A DNA stretch of 58,729 nucleotides, the filler included, from Sphacelaria rigidula (taxonomy: Eukaryota): the NCBI GenBank assembly GCA_964200075.2. It is 5 parts of 5 records of this genome, joined end to end, with 100 filler letters (N's around TTAATTAATTAA, not from the genome) between each part and the next. Parts side by side here need not be neighbours in the genome. Positions count along the whole stretch, not along the records: positions 47,065 to 58,729 come from CAXNAA020004649.1; 4 more parts are not named here. One strand, given 5' to 3'. A program made the translations under genes and the position numbers. Below the pieces are notes generated by a model. It was not told the DNA's origin, made no database searches, and was given only the letters and a program-made list of their open reading frames with translations. Each line of letters starts with the position of its first letter. Positions within the stretch are counted from its first letter, which is position 1. Positions 47,591 through 58,729 of the stretch are shown here, piece after piece.

Positions 47591-48981
47591 TCATCGATAT
47601 TTTGGATGATGCCGCTTCTTACACACCCTGGACAACAGACAAAAAAAAGTGCCAAGAAGAATACTTCGAAGTATTGGGTACATACATGATATGGAATATT
47701 TTGTCTACTGTATTGCTTCTTGCAATGAACAACATATTTTTGCTATACTGTACACGGTAAGCTTCTTGACAGTGTAGAGGGATGCCGCGATAGTCCCCCC
47801 CCCCCCAGAAAAGTAGCTGGTTCGAAAAGTCAAATAAAAAAAAGATGGAGACGGAAGACGAGCATACCGAACAATGTTCATGTGATCGAAACTGCGATGC
47901 TTGGCATCATGAGAGGCGCTTCATGCAGCCTGAAACCAGCTGCCATGCGCTGTACGGCCATTTTCGTCGTGACAGTTTTGGGGCAGATTTTGGGGAAGTA
48001 TATTGCGGCATTACTCTGTAGTACATCATTAGTGTGGTTGTCTCAAGGTTGTCCAGGGCTTGTAGCGTTCGGGACACAGAAAATGACCGACTATTTAAAT
48101 GATTTAATTCAAAGCGACGAGAATAATCCAACGGAGTACGGGCCAGGATCGTACTGTGTGTTGCCTTACCCGCTTATGTATAATGGCTGACATAATACCG
48201 ATCACCTACGTTATAGACAATCTGATATACCTTGGAGCGAGCGTGTTGCTGGTCATTAGCCTCTGGTGGTCCGGAACTGCACAAGGTAAGCACTTGCATT
48301 CTACACCCTCGTCCAGGTTATTTCGCTGAAGAAAACCCCTTTTTTTCTGTCGACAAACGCTTTCTCCACGCACTCAAGCAGACCCAGACAGCGTGTACAC
48401 GGTCTTCAGTATGTAAAGAACAAAGAGACGTGGCTTCTTCCGCAGTGCCGGTTCGTGGCAGGGCGCTAGGGGGTGCGAAGCAGGGTGTCTCAAATCTCAA
48501 AGTATGCAGGACATGGTACATAGATGAATCTCCGAAAATCATCACGCCGCTATTTTTCGAGGAGTTGTGACGAGAAGCATTCCGCTGTACGACCTTCTGT
48601 GCACAGAGAGGTATACATCCGTGTCCACTTGAGGGCGTTTGGCTCCAGAAGGATCAAGCGCCGGGTAATGAAGTTGACACGAGTGGTCTCACGAAATGCC
48701 TGAGGTTTCTAGTGGATGGTAATCTCGAATTTCCCAGGGTTTCACAGTTTAGTCAGAGAGTCCCCGAATCCCCATATCGGTCGGGGACCCCCAAAACCGG
48801 TGATACCGGGCGAACTTTAAAAGTTGGTTCAGACGATCCCACGGTTCGTTCAGAAATGCATATACAGGCTGGTTCATGCAAAAGACCCAGAATTCTGTCA
48901 TCAGCTAATGCCTTCAGCAACAGGCACCCAATAATCGCATACATGGTATTATACTGACCGCAATGATTAGACCACGCGGGC

Positions 48982-50222
48982 GACATAGCCGGATTTTTGT
49001 TCAAGGCCATAGCGGTGGCGCTATGGACAAAAATGTGTCTCGATCAATCAGTGCCTTTCAAATTGTTCCGAAATTAAAAATACAATTTTCAAGCCCAGTC
49101 TCCACCGAATCTCCACGTGCTTCAAATCGTAGTGACCGTCATCACCTCAGGGATCTAACGGGAGATACAGATTTGAAAACGGTTGCATCGGGGTCCAATT
49201 ATACCCGAAACCGTAATGTTGCCGTGACGTGGAGTTTGGCGTCGTCTAGTTTCCACTCATGGTACGTGGGAAAGACTCGAGGGGCCTCGTGACGGTGTCC
49301 CTTACATCTGTTGTAGAAAAGCTCAGATCATCCTTAAACTTAGCAGTTTCGTAGGCATTGATGCTCCAAATGGAAAAATTGTGTTCTTGGCTAGAGTTTA
49401 AAGTTTTTCCGTTCTCTACCGGCTTCCGGGGGTCCCAGTATAAATACCCCCGGAAGACGATACAGCATGAATCTAAAGAAACAAGAATAACATGATGCGT
49501 CCCGGGGTAGTCCAAGGAACACGTGTACAAAGTTTCGTTGAGGAACTCAACAATCTCATACAACTATTCATGCCTTGACGTAAAAATCACCCCAAAAAAT
49601 GATTTCATACTAAAACCGAGTAGTTTCGGGTTTGCACGTTTTAAGCTCACATCCTCGCACAAACGCTAAAACCTTCACGCAGTTAGTAGGATTTAGGTCT
49701 TGAAGCTTTGCACAGATGTTCTATGAATCATTACGCATGTTTCGATCAATGAGGTTCCTCTACTTGGATTTTTTACGGTTTTGGGGGGGGGGGCGACGGG
49801 GTCCAAGTCGTTCTTCCAAAGTCGTCCATTCTGGGACCCCGAAAAACCGGCACTACGTTTTTTTTTAGGTTTTTCGCGAACGCTCTGTGGCCCCCAAACC
49901 CAAGGAAGAACCCCACAAAATTTCGTGGCCAAACTCGATCAACTGGTTCACGGAAAAGACCCAAAAAACACTCATCGGCAAAACTTCACGCCGTTTTGAG
50001 GAAACCCTGAAATTTGGCACAGCTGTTCTACGGGTCATTACGCAACTCTGGATGAACGATTCTTTCTTTGTTCTACCGTTTTACGGAGGTCCGACTGAAC
50101 CGAAGTTTTTCCCAAAAAACTGGGACCCCGGAAAAACGATGAAAGAGTCACAATGTGAAGAAAAACTCGACCTTGGAAAGTTGCGTAGTACGCATAGAAC
50201 ACCTGTGCAAAACATCAGGGTC
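48982..50222. repeat. Large dispersed repeat, same family as 45168-46835
   Basis: Shared GACATAGCCGGATTT, GGTGGCGCTATGG, CCGGCTTCCGGGGGTCCC and GGGACCCC blocks. Confidence 0.7.
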
Positions 50223-50225
50223 TAA

Positions 50226-50642
50226 GGCTACTTCTTATGTATCGAAAAGTAAAAGTTGTCGAAAAGTGCCTTTTTGGCCCTTCTCTGTCGTTTTTGTCCC
50301 TCGAAAGAGGGATAGGCGGATGTGGACACCTTGGAATGAGTTGCTCTACTCGCTGAGACCGTTCCAGGGCACCTTCGCGTTTTCCGTAGGTCACAGTTTC
50401 GTTCTCGGCCAAAAATGCGTTTTCAATAACAAGCGGTCAAGTTATTGAAAAAATGGCAGTTTTCCCCCTGTTTTTCGATAACTTGACTGTTATTGAAAAT
50501 GCATTTATGGCCAAGAACGAAACTGTGACCTACAGAAGACGCGAAGATGCTCGGGAACGGTCTCAGCGAGTAGAAAACGACGGAGAAGGGCCAAAAAAGC
50601 ACTTTTCGACAACTTTTACTTTTCGATACGTAAGAAGTAGCC
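50226..50642. mobile_element. Tourist-like (PIF/Harbinger) foldback MITE
   Basis: TAA|GGCTACTTCTTA...TAAGAAGTAGCC|TAA; nearly the whole element is self-complementary; empty-site-like CAGGGTCTAACT at ~47251. Confidence 0.85.
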
Positions 50643-50896
50643 TAACTCCTCAAGAAGGCGTGAAGTTTTGCCGATGAGTGTTTTTTGGGTCTTTTCCGTG
50701 AACCAGCCTGTATAAAATTTCAGTTTTCCATCTCTCAACAACAGGGTGAGAAGGCGGCCTACTTTGCTCCACCTATGTTGATCTTCATGGAAAATGATCA
50801 GTGTTGCTGCCTTTCTCTATATATGGAAGCTTAGACGTCCGCGCCACATTTGCAATTGCATACCGGCAGTCGTACAAAATACTGCAAACAATGTTT

Positions 50897-51190
50897 TTGT
50901 GAGATTGAGAGTAGAGGATACGATTGAGAGTGAGAAGCCATCAATTAATGAATGAATCGTTTCAATTTGGAAACGACCCTCCGCAACGCACGATACGCAG
51001 TCTGTAGTAGCTTGCCACTCAAGCCCTTCATACCCCTGAGTAGGATATCGACGTGTAGCTGGAAGCACACGCCAGTGTTACGAGCGAAGAAAAGCACACA
51101 CAGAATGAAAAATTGGTCAAGTTAAAACGAATGATATACTGTAACCCATTTTCAATCAACGCTCTACTCTCAATCTCACGACAGTATTGT
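50897..51190 (-). repeat. Second copy of the 28690-28980 repeat
   Basis: Shared AGAGTAGAGGATACGATTGAGAGTGAGAAGC and CCCTGAGTAGGATATC.ACGTGTAGCTG. Confidence 0.75.
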
Positions 51191-52175
51191 TTGCAGTTGT
51201 CATGTTTCACATCGTTTTTCCTACCGAGGAAAGCATCCATGGAGGGGCGGTGATCACACCAACACGGGTACCTGGCGCTACAGCCAGCCCGCAAGGACTG
51301 GGAAGTCTGCAAGGTGAAGAAGCTGTGTCACTACGCAGATGACAAGCGGTTGGTGTCCAAAACCCGCCGATCCGGAGTCACATGTTGGTGATAAGATGCC
51401 GCGGTTTGTGTGCTCAGGAGGTTAGAGTGTCCTTCTGTAGCCAGTGGCACTGTTATGGGGGTGATTGGGGTCCGATTTTGGGCACTATATACCTGGAAAA
51501 TGGACCGATCAAATACAGTCAGCTGAAGGCAGAAGAAATGAAACCTAAATGAGCCAATCAGTATCAATAAGAAGTACACGCGTCACTCGAAATGGCGACG
51601 GCGTTCATACAAAAAATGTACATTTGCTATTGTACATTCTACAACACACCTGTGGCTGACGTTGCTGTACCCCTGTACACGAGGTTACAACAACAGGAAG
51701 ATAGAAGCTGCTGCTCGTGTTGTTGTCGTGCCCCTCTTCTTGCAGTATGTTGTTGTGCTCATCTTTCAACTCTATTTCTCGGCAACGAAGCAGAGGATTG
51801 GGCTGCGGTTTGATACATGCGCTTCCCACACACCAGAACTTTCAAGCGTTGTAAGCAAGTTTCGGTAAGGCGTGCCGCGGAGGCCACAGCAATTTGTAAA
51901 CCGCTGCACCAAACACGAAATGTACTGAAAACGCGTTTCCTGCAACGTTCTGGGACTTTTCGGATCCGCTGTGGCGAATGGAGCAAATCCGCTTGCGGCG
52001 CTGAATAGGTCTAGTGTGTGTGCGGGGGGCTGTGAAGTTCCAGAGGCCGCTGTGCTTCCTGTCTCGAGAACTGCGCGATGAAAAATTACAGCGGTCGCAT
52101 ACTAAACCTAGGTCCTCGTGAAAATCAACCGACCAACTAGCGGAATCACTCTGGCGGCTTTTGTCCTCTCGTATA

Positions 52176-52788
52176 CTTCCTTTGTCTCATAAGTTAGGGA
52201 AACCTAAATTTGTACGGGCTCTCAACCGTATCCGATCTGTTTTTTGTTTTTTGTTGTTGGAATCTTTGGTGTTTCGAGTAAAAAACATGTTTTTGTTTCA
52301 GTCGGTGCTTGAACCATGCGGCCGAACGGCCGAAAAATAATCAGTGGGTCCAAAAATGGCCGTATTTCACGCCTTTCCCAGAGGATTGCGTGACCGTCGC
52401 ATCATTTACCGCCAATGCGTAGCGGCCACCAACCGATATTTCGGCGCCCCGTTTGCGAGGTGTGTGTGTGCTGGGGGGCGAGTCTATCGCTAGAATGATA
52501 TAGTGGGCAGGTAAGCTACTAAATTTGGACGCTTTTGAGATTTTTTTTGATTTCTCATAAACATTATCAAACAGTCTCGAAAACATTCCCCGAATAGGTC
52601 AAAACAGGGTATGTTTTGACCCTTTTTAGGTGAAGGAATAGAGCCCCTCCTGTTTTTTTTTTCTTTTTACCTCCAGCTTCGTCTTCGTTTTATCTTTCTA
52701 ACGAACCCGACTATACTGTTCTCACTAACACTGTTGTACCCCGACAACGTACTGCCCACAGGTACCCTAACTTATGGGGCGGAGGAAG
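52176..52788. mobile_element. Stowaway-like MITE, second copy
   Basis: TA|CTTCCTTTGTCTCATAAGTTAGGG ... CCCTAACTTATGGGGCGGAGGAAG|TA; internal similarity (inverted) to 419-480. Confidence 0.7.
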
Positions 52789-54401
52789 TATATGTATATC
52801 CTCCCCCTAAATTCGTTGTAGATACCGAACATTGATTTATTCGTGGCGAACACCGACCCGTCCACGACCTCTTGTCCAGCAGAAATACACTTGGTCAGTA
52901 CTACTTGCCAACCAGTTCATGAATGCATACTACTCTTGACATTCAATTTTACAACAGCAGTCCTTCTCCGAAATATAATTTCCACATTCTGGTTGTCATC
53001 ATCATGCGTGCATCTTACATCACCCCAGCATCATCGTCCCTGGATCCCCTATCCCCTGCAAAGCATTTCCAATTTTTTGCCAAAACTGCGGACCTCTTTC
53101 CCCCTTTTCGATGACGCCTGTCATGAACATTGGGTGGGCAGATAGGGAAATTATATAGATTGTTGCAGTACAGCCGTAGCGGTGCACCCAAGCTCTTTCC
53201 GGAGGTTCTACAGGTCTTGCACTGACAACTCTCCGTGCTTACCCCCCGGAACGGGCAAAAGTCCTTCTGCTCGTTCTTCGTAAGTGGGGGGGGGGCTTGG
53301 ACCAGTCGCCTTGATCATTCTCCCTCCGTTGTCATCGCACTTTACTCGTGCTCTTTGTGCTGTATGCGATGTGGGTGATCAAATCATTCGGAACGTACGC
53401 ACTGGCACTTTTGTGTGCCTGTCTCGTTCGCGCAGCTCGTTATTGTGGCGGACCTGTTCCTTCCTTGTAGCTGCGGCGAGCTTTAACCGATCATGAGTTC
53501 TCTCGCTCCCGCAGAATATGTGTGCTTTTTTACCTATCGCCACTTTTTGAATACTTTTGGGGTCGCAAATCTTTAGTGGCCTCCAACGGTTGCTCCTGGA
53601 GATCATCCAGACCGTTCTCCGATATATTGGAAGCTAGTCCGTACTATCGTTTGCTGTTCATAGCATACCTCTCGGACGCATCCGATCCCCCCCTGGTCTC
53701 GTTCTGCGACGTTGTAGGTGTTGCCCCCCCGGAAGCGAGGTGCGTAGCGCCGCCCATACGTCGGGAGTTCAACCCGTATCCATCGGGTTGCAGACCCGCC
53801 TTCGCTACCAACGCGCGCAATGCTCTCGTGGTTTAGTTCTGAGTCCACATCCACGTTCTCCGTGCAGCATGTACATGCGGCATGAAAGGAGCCGCCGCTG
53901 GAAGATCAACAGAGCAAAAACACCATTCCACCGTATTTGCCATCGCCTCTTTTCCACTGTTCCTACACCCACCAACCTCGCATTGGTGTCGGGTAACCGC
54001 GGTTTCTTTTTCGCACAAAAAGGGGCTTCCATCCGTTTCGCCGGAGATCGCGGTGGCGATAGCAATTGGTGTTCACCCGGAGAAAACGCATCATGTTCCC
54101 GCCTTTAACAACAATGGACATCTCGTTGCCCTTCGGTATCCGCAAATATTTACCGTGTTCGCGTTCAACAGAAATGTGATACCTCCAAACAGAAGAGCAA
54201 CACACGCCCACCAACCCAGCACTGGTCAACCATCCGCTTGCCGGTGAGCAACGTTGCCCATACAAGCGCCGTCGCAGGCGAAGAATTTTGCCTGACTCAA
54301 CGTGACTTCGCTCAATCCCTTCCGAACACATTTTGGATTGGTACATCCCCAATCGGAACTTCCACCTGCCATGCCATGCGGTGGTAATATCTTATGGCAA
54401 T

Positions 54402-54735
54402 GCCGGTCGCCCCGGTGGCTCAGTTGGTAACCTCAGAACCTTCTGACGGTGGGGTCGAGGGTTCAAATCTCGGAGCGATCTGGAATTTTTTTCACACCAT
54501 GCCGAACAGTGGAGAGCGACTATGTCGTAGATACACAAAATTCGACTTAACGGTTGACGAAGGAAAGGGTCTTCTGAACTTCTCTCGCTATAAAAAAAGA
54601 CAAGCACCGCAGGAAGAAGGTGGAGCACTAAAAACCATTAAAAAAGAAGAAGCTTCTGTGTTGACTTTCCTCTTGTGTGACCCCGGCTGGTACGCCAACA
54701 TACACCGAAAGGTGTAGACTGACGTCCCGAATAGA
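54402..54735 (+). mobile_element. Apparently full-length tRNA-derived SINE
   Basis: A box TGGCTCAGTTGG, B box GGTTCAAATC, unique body, 3' tail shared with 23253-23360. Confidence 0.8.
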
Positions 54736-55869
54736 TGAGACGACAGCACACAACGACAACGCACAATGAGGTGACCCTCAAGCATTTTTGCCTTCATTCG
54801 TTCCGTGAGCAAACGCATGTGCCATATTGCACCACCTTCGAAATTTGTCTTCGCTGGGTATCCGTCATCGTCCAAAAAATGGATCCGTTCATCCCGCTCA
54901 CACAAAACGCGCAGCATTTTGCTTGCCCCCGATTCTCCGAATCTGGATCCTGAAGCCTGCAAGGACGCAAGAGTTAGCACATGATGTTCGCAGATGGGTC
55001 CTCCTCGCTGGCGCAGTGCGTCTCGCGCCGCTCCCTACACTCCTCCGTCGCTCATCCACGTCACCAGCGCTTGTTTGCGAACCCCCGTTGGCCTCGCCGC
55101 TCGTCGGCGAAGCCCTTGCCCCTATTTGGAGGAGCCGGCCCGTCCTCCCCCGGTCGCATCTCCCGCCCGTCCGCTATATACTGCTAGTACCGATGACCGG
55201 CCCGCATCCACCGTCACACTTCCCGCAGTAGCGCCGGCCTCGCGACCTACAGCACCGCTAGCCCGACGCCCGGCACCCCGTCCGCTGTCCCTGGTCGCCA
55301 TCTCCACGACCCCGTCCTCCGCTTTCACCACATAGTCCGCCGACGGCTGGCCTGCCCGGGTCGTACCTCTGTCCGTGCAAGTATTTCCACGTTCCCACGG
55401 TCCCCCTGAATTTCTCGTACAACCACTTCCAGCACGCAGCATGTAACCTCACCCTAATCTGCTTTTCATCGCCGCCGGCACCGGCGTCTCCGCTGCAACG
55501 GCGTTTCGCGGCATGGATAATTCCGTGGAGAAATTTTCCTGGGGCACGAAACACCGTGGCACGCGGTAAACCATGCTAGCCACGAGAACTTGTTGAGGAG
55601 AAACTGATGCTCCTGTACCCCGATATCCCACGGCGAGAAGAGGGTTCGGGAACTTGGGTGCGAAATATACACTGCGGCATATTGGATTCGGGCTAATGTG
55701 AACGTTTTTTGCGCCGTCGTCTCAGCGGTTTTACGGACGGTTTTTTCGGGACCTGCGTTCAGTTCCGTTGCCGGACGAACGGCAGCATAATTTTATTTCA
55801 CATCAATGGAGGGTGAATGGAAACGTAGCGCTGTGGGTCGACAGATGCTAACTGAGCGAGTGATAGTAA

Positions 55870-56070
55870 CCAGTTGCTTCGATTTATCATCGCACGTGAA
55901 CCGTCCGCTACGAATCCACCCGCGTTCGCAAGATACAGGAAAGACGCACCCAAGGTAACTGAACGTAAAGGAATGTCGGGATTGGGGAGATATGACCACG
56001 GAAGAAGGGGAGCATACTAAACTGCAGAGGAAAAAACAGATGAGGAAGGAAAAGAACAAGACCAGAACTA
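55870..56070 (-). mobile_element. Diverged non-LTR retrotransposon 3' end
   Basis: Minus strand TTACCTTGGGTGCGTCTTTC...GGATTCG...CGGTTCACGTGCGA resembles the tail family. Confidence 0.45.
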
Positions 56071-58326
56071 TGCAAAAATATCTCGTACCGGTCCCGAGTA
56101 GAACACCCCCGATAGGCCCCTGCTGTATGGCTTCACGGAAGGAGGCCGGGTGGACAACAAGACGGAGTACCTTCTTTTGAAGCGTGCAGCTGTTACAAAC
56201 GGTTTCCATGTTTTGCCAGGACCACGGGAATACGATGTTGCGCAAAATTTCAATTATCGCTCCAATCAAGAAAGGCGTGCTGGCAACGGCGATTAACCGA
56301 CCGCCCTGTTCGCGGTGCTCCCCGCTTTGAACCGGAGGTGGTACATACAAGGTTGATCCATCCTGCGCTACCTCGTGCGTGATACTTGAACCGCTTCACG
56401 CTTCACCTCCAGCGTGCCCGCTCGTGGACCCCCCGATTTGTTTTACCAACCCTGTCGAGGACAACCTCGATTACTTACTTCTATCCTGCTTGGTCACCAC
56501 TGCTATGATAGGCTGAAAGCACGGGGATGAAACGTGGCATGCTTCAACTCGTGTATGCGTCCTATGAAACTACAATCTCCCCGTCAGCATCAAAGCAAAA
56601 GGAATTTCAGCCACCTCCCTGAGATTTTGACGTATTCTAATATCTTATCCCATCTAACGCATTTGGCAGAGGCATGGAATGGTATGAACATACTGGTGGT
56701 TAACCACAGAATCTCCCCTTGCTCACTTAACAGTCTCCGTCAAAGTCAGTACACGCTGCTATTTTCGCCGCTTTTCGAGCCGCAATACCGGGGGTCCTCT
56801 CTGGAGTGTTGCCCGCCGTGGCAACATCGACGCAAGCTCCCGTCGTTCTTCGCCACCTTCTCCACCCTACACCCCCCCCCATATTTTCGCCCTCCGCCAC
56901 ACCCTCACCCTCGCTTATCCTCTCTCATCCTACACTGCCTCTGTCGGCGGGTGAATCATCGGCCAAGAAGCATCTTCACGTGTTTTCGATGTCGTTCGCG
57001 CTACTTTATCCGCCAGTGCCGCCGCTTAGGTTACCACCCCGTCCATCTTTACACCGTTTGGGGATAGGACGAGCGTCGGGGATGAAAGGAAACGAGGAGC
57101 CTCCAACTGATCTTATTGCGCCCTGAAATGTGCGGTTGGATCATGACTCGAAGCATACAACGGTGAAACACGCAATGACGACTTCGATCTATGGCTCTGT
57201 GATGAATTCAGTAACCATCCTGTCGCAAGCGGTAAGGGCGCGGCGCCATGAGCTGAGGGCGTATGGGCGGTCAGTGCCCCCTGTGATGGTGCTACCATCG
57301 TGTGGAGATCGCGTCCGGAATACCTTCCGTCATTTCCGTGGCGGTATTGCCGTCGGGACCTGCAAAATGCCGGACCGCAGCGGTGACTTCGATTGCGGCG
57401 TTTAAATCGGACCCCGCGAGAAGTTGAGCGGCGGTAGTGATTTTTGTTGTGGCGTTGCCGAAGGACATCGCTTATCGCCGGCCGGCGGCGCTAGTCTTTG
57501 AGGCGATGGTCTTGCTAGTGGCGTTGCTGTCCGTGCTGCCAACGTCCAACCGGTCGTTCGTGTGGAGAATGAATCGTATCATCATAATCAAGCGCTCACT
57601 ACAGTAAAAGCATGCAGTCCTCATACACGTTTCTTGATGGATAACATCTGCAAGCTTCGCACATCTTAGGAACAGTTTTTCCCATATGCTTAACTTACGT
57701 CTCCCCCCCCCTCCCCCCTCCCGCCCCTCCCATTTTTTCCCCCCACGCGCCTGCATGTGTTGCCCGTGTATTGCACAACGAACTGTGCGTGCTCCTGCCT
57801 CGAGCACAGGAGTGTCACGGAAGACGCAATATCTCCGGCTAGCGACAACAGTGACCAAATGGATCGCCGTGTTTCCCATCATGCTTCCCATGCTGCAGTC
57901 TGGCAGCAATTATCTCTTGCTATTCATTCCGTGAGTCGCGTGAAGGTGGCTTTTCTAAAATATCCTTCATTGATCGGTGATTTGCGAAGAGGGAGCGGAG
58001 GGTTCTCTGTATATTTCATGGCGGGTATTCAAAGCGACGCAGCACACCCAAGATCAGCATTGGAAGGCGGGAGACGAGGGAAGAAATCGAAGCGACGCAT
58101 CGTCATAGCGTAGTATTGCGGCAGTTGGGGAGTGTTTGGGTACTCCGCGGTTGGGCACTTCTGAGGGGTTTTATAGTCTAAACGCAAAATGTTGGGTGCT
58201 GTATGGTGTACGTATTTGGTAACACGGAATTTCGACGTGCCGACAGCTGCATATACTCCAACTTTGATCTGCCTCGACAATGGTCGTGTACATGTAACTC
58301 AACCCGAAATGGTGAAATAAATAAAG

Positions 58327-58600
58327 GGCATCGCTACGGTAGGGGTTGCAATTTTTGTTTTGGGGTCTCTTTCATATAGGAGCCCAAATATATGGGGCTT
58401 ACTGTGCAACCCGAATCTCGGGGGACCGGCCTCCCAGGAACATGCTGTTTGCATGCACGGGTCTATTCGTGAATCGGCATTATTTTCAATCCTTTTCAAG
58501 TAATAATGATGCCGATTCTCAAAATGATCCGTCCAACACCCCGAGCAGCCCCGAAAAACGTTTTCGCTAAAAAAGTTCAACCCCTACCGTAGCATTGCTC
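58327..58600. repeat. Inverted-repeat (MITE-like) element
   Basis: GCTACGGTAGGGGTTG (58333-58348) / CAACCCCTACCGTAGC (58578-58593). Confidence 0.6.
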
Positions 58601-58729
58601 TGAAGGATATATAACTTTTGAGCCATGCGACGATAGGGGGGGGGGGGGGGGGGGGGGGACTCTGTTTCGTGCGTAGGCGGTTGGTCGGTGGACCCCCCAC
58701 GAGGCTGGAGCGGGGGGGTGGTGGGAAAG

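Noticed and set aside
47882-48285. Candidate exon ending at a GTAAG donor
   Set aside because: No consistent frame between plausible acceptor and donor; no partner exons.
52840-53000. Possible SET-domain C-terminal remnant (VVLTKCISAGQEV, minus strand)
   Set aside because: Too short and surrounded by stops; chance resemblance likely.
54409-54476. Functional tRNA gene (also 1-72)
   Set aside because: Imperfect acceptor stem, no clear anticodon arm, continues into a multicopy body; fits a SINE.

Overview
Eukaryotic, intron-rich and repeat-rich genomic DNA, most likely from a brown alga or related photosynthetic stramenopile (inferred from an ASAF-type plastid leader, a GT2 cellulose synthase of the brown-algal type and GT-AG introns). 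The window is not one locus: it is five contigs (1-11667, 11768-23434, 23535-35199, 35300-46964, 47065-58729) joined by artificial 100-bp N44-TTAATTAATTAA-N44 linkers. Contig 1 is gene-dense: the 3' part of a DUF2358/SnoaL-like gene, a complete 7-exon plastid-targeted peroxiredoxin-like gene lacking its CxxC motif, and, head-to-head with it, a divergent 20S proteasome alpha subunit whose first exon encodes a signal peptide. That last gene is the most interesting item: a candidate periplastidal (symbiont-type) or ER proteasome subunit. Contig 2 holds part of a cellulose synthase gene with a very long disordered N-terminus. Contig 3 has a ~660-bp TTA/TTG microsatellite and orphan exons/ORFs. Contig 4 has two Ty3/Gypsy elements that both lack RT/RNase H (one with both LTRs, TSD and a repeated peptide module after integrase) and a histone H1 pseudo-exon. 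Contig 5 is mostly MITEs, SINEs and LINE tails. All calls were made by eye; no database searches were run.
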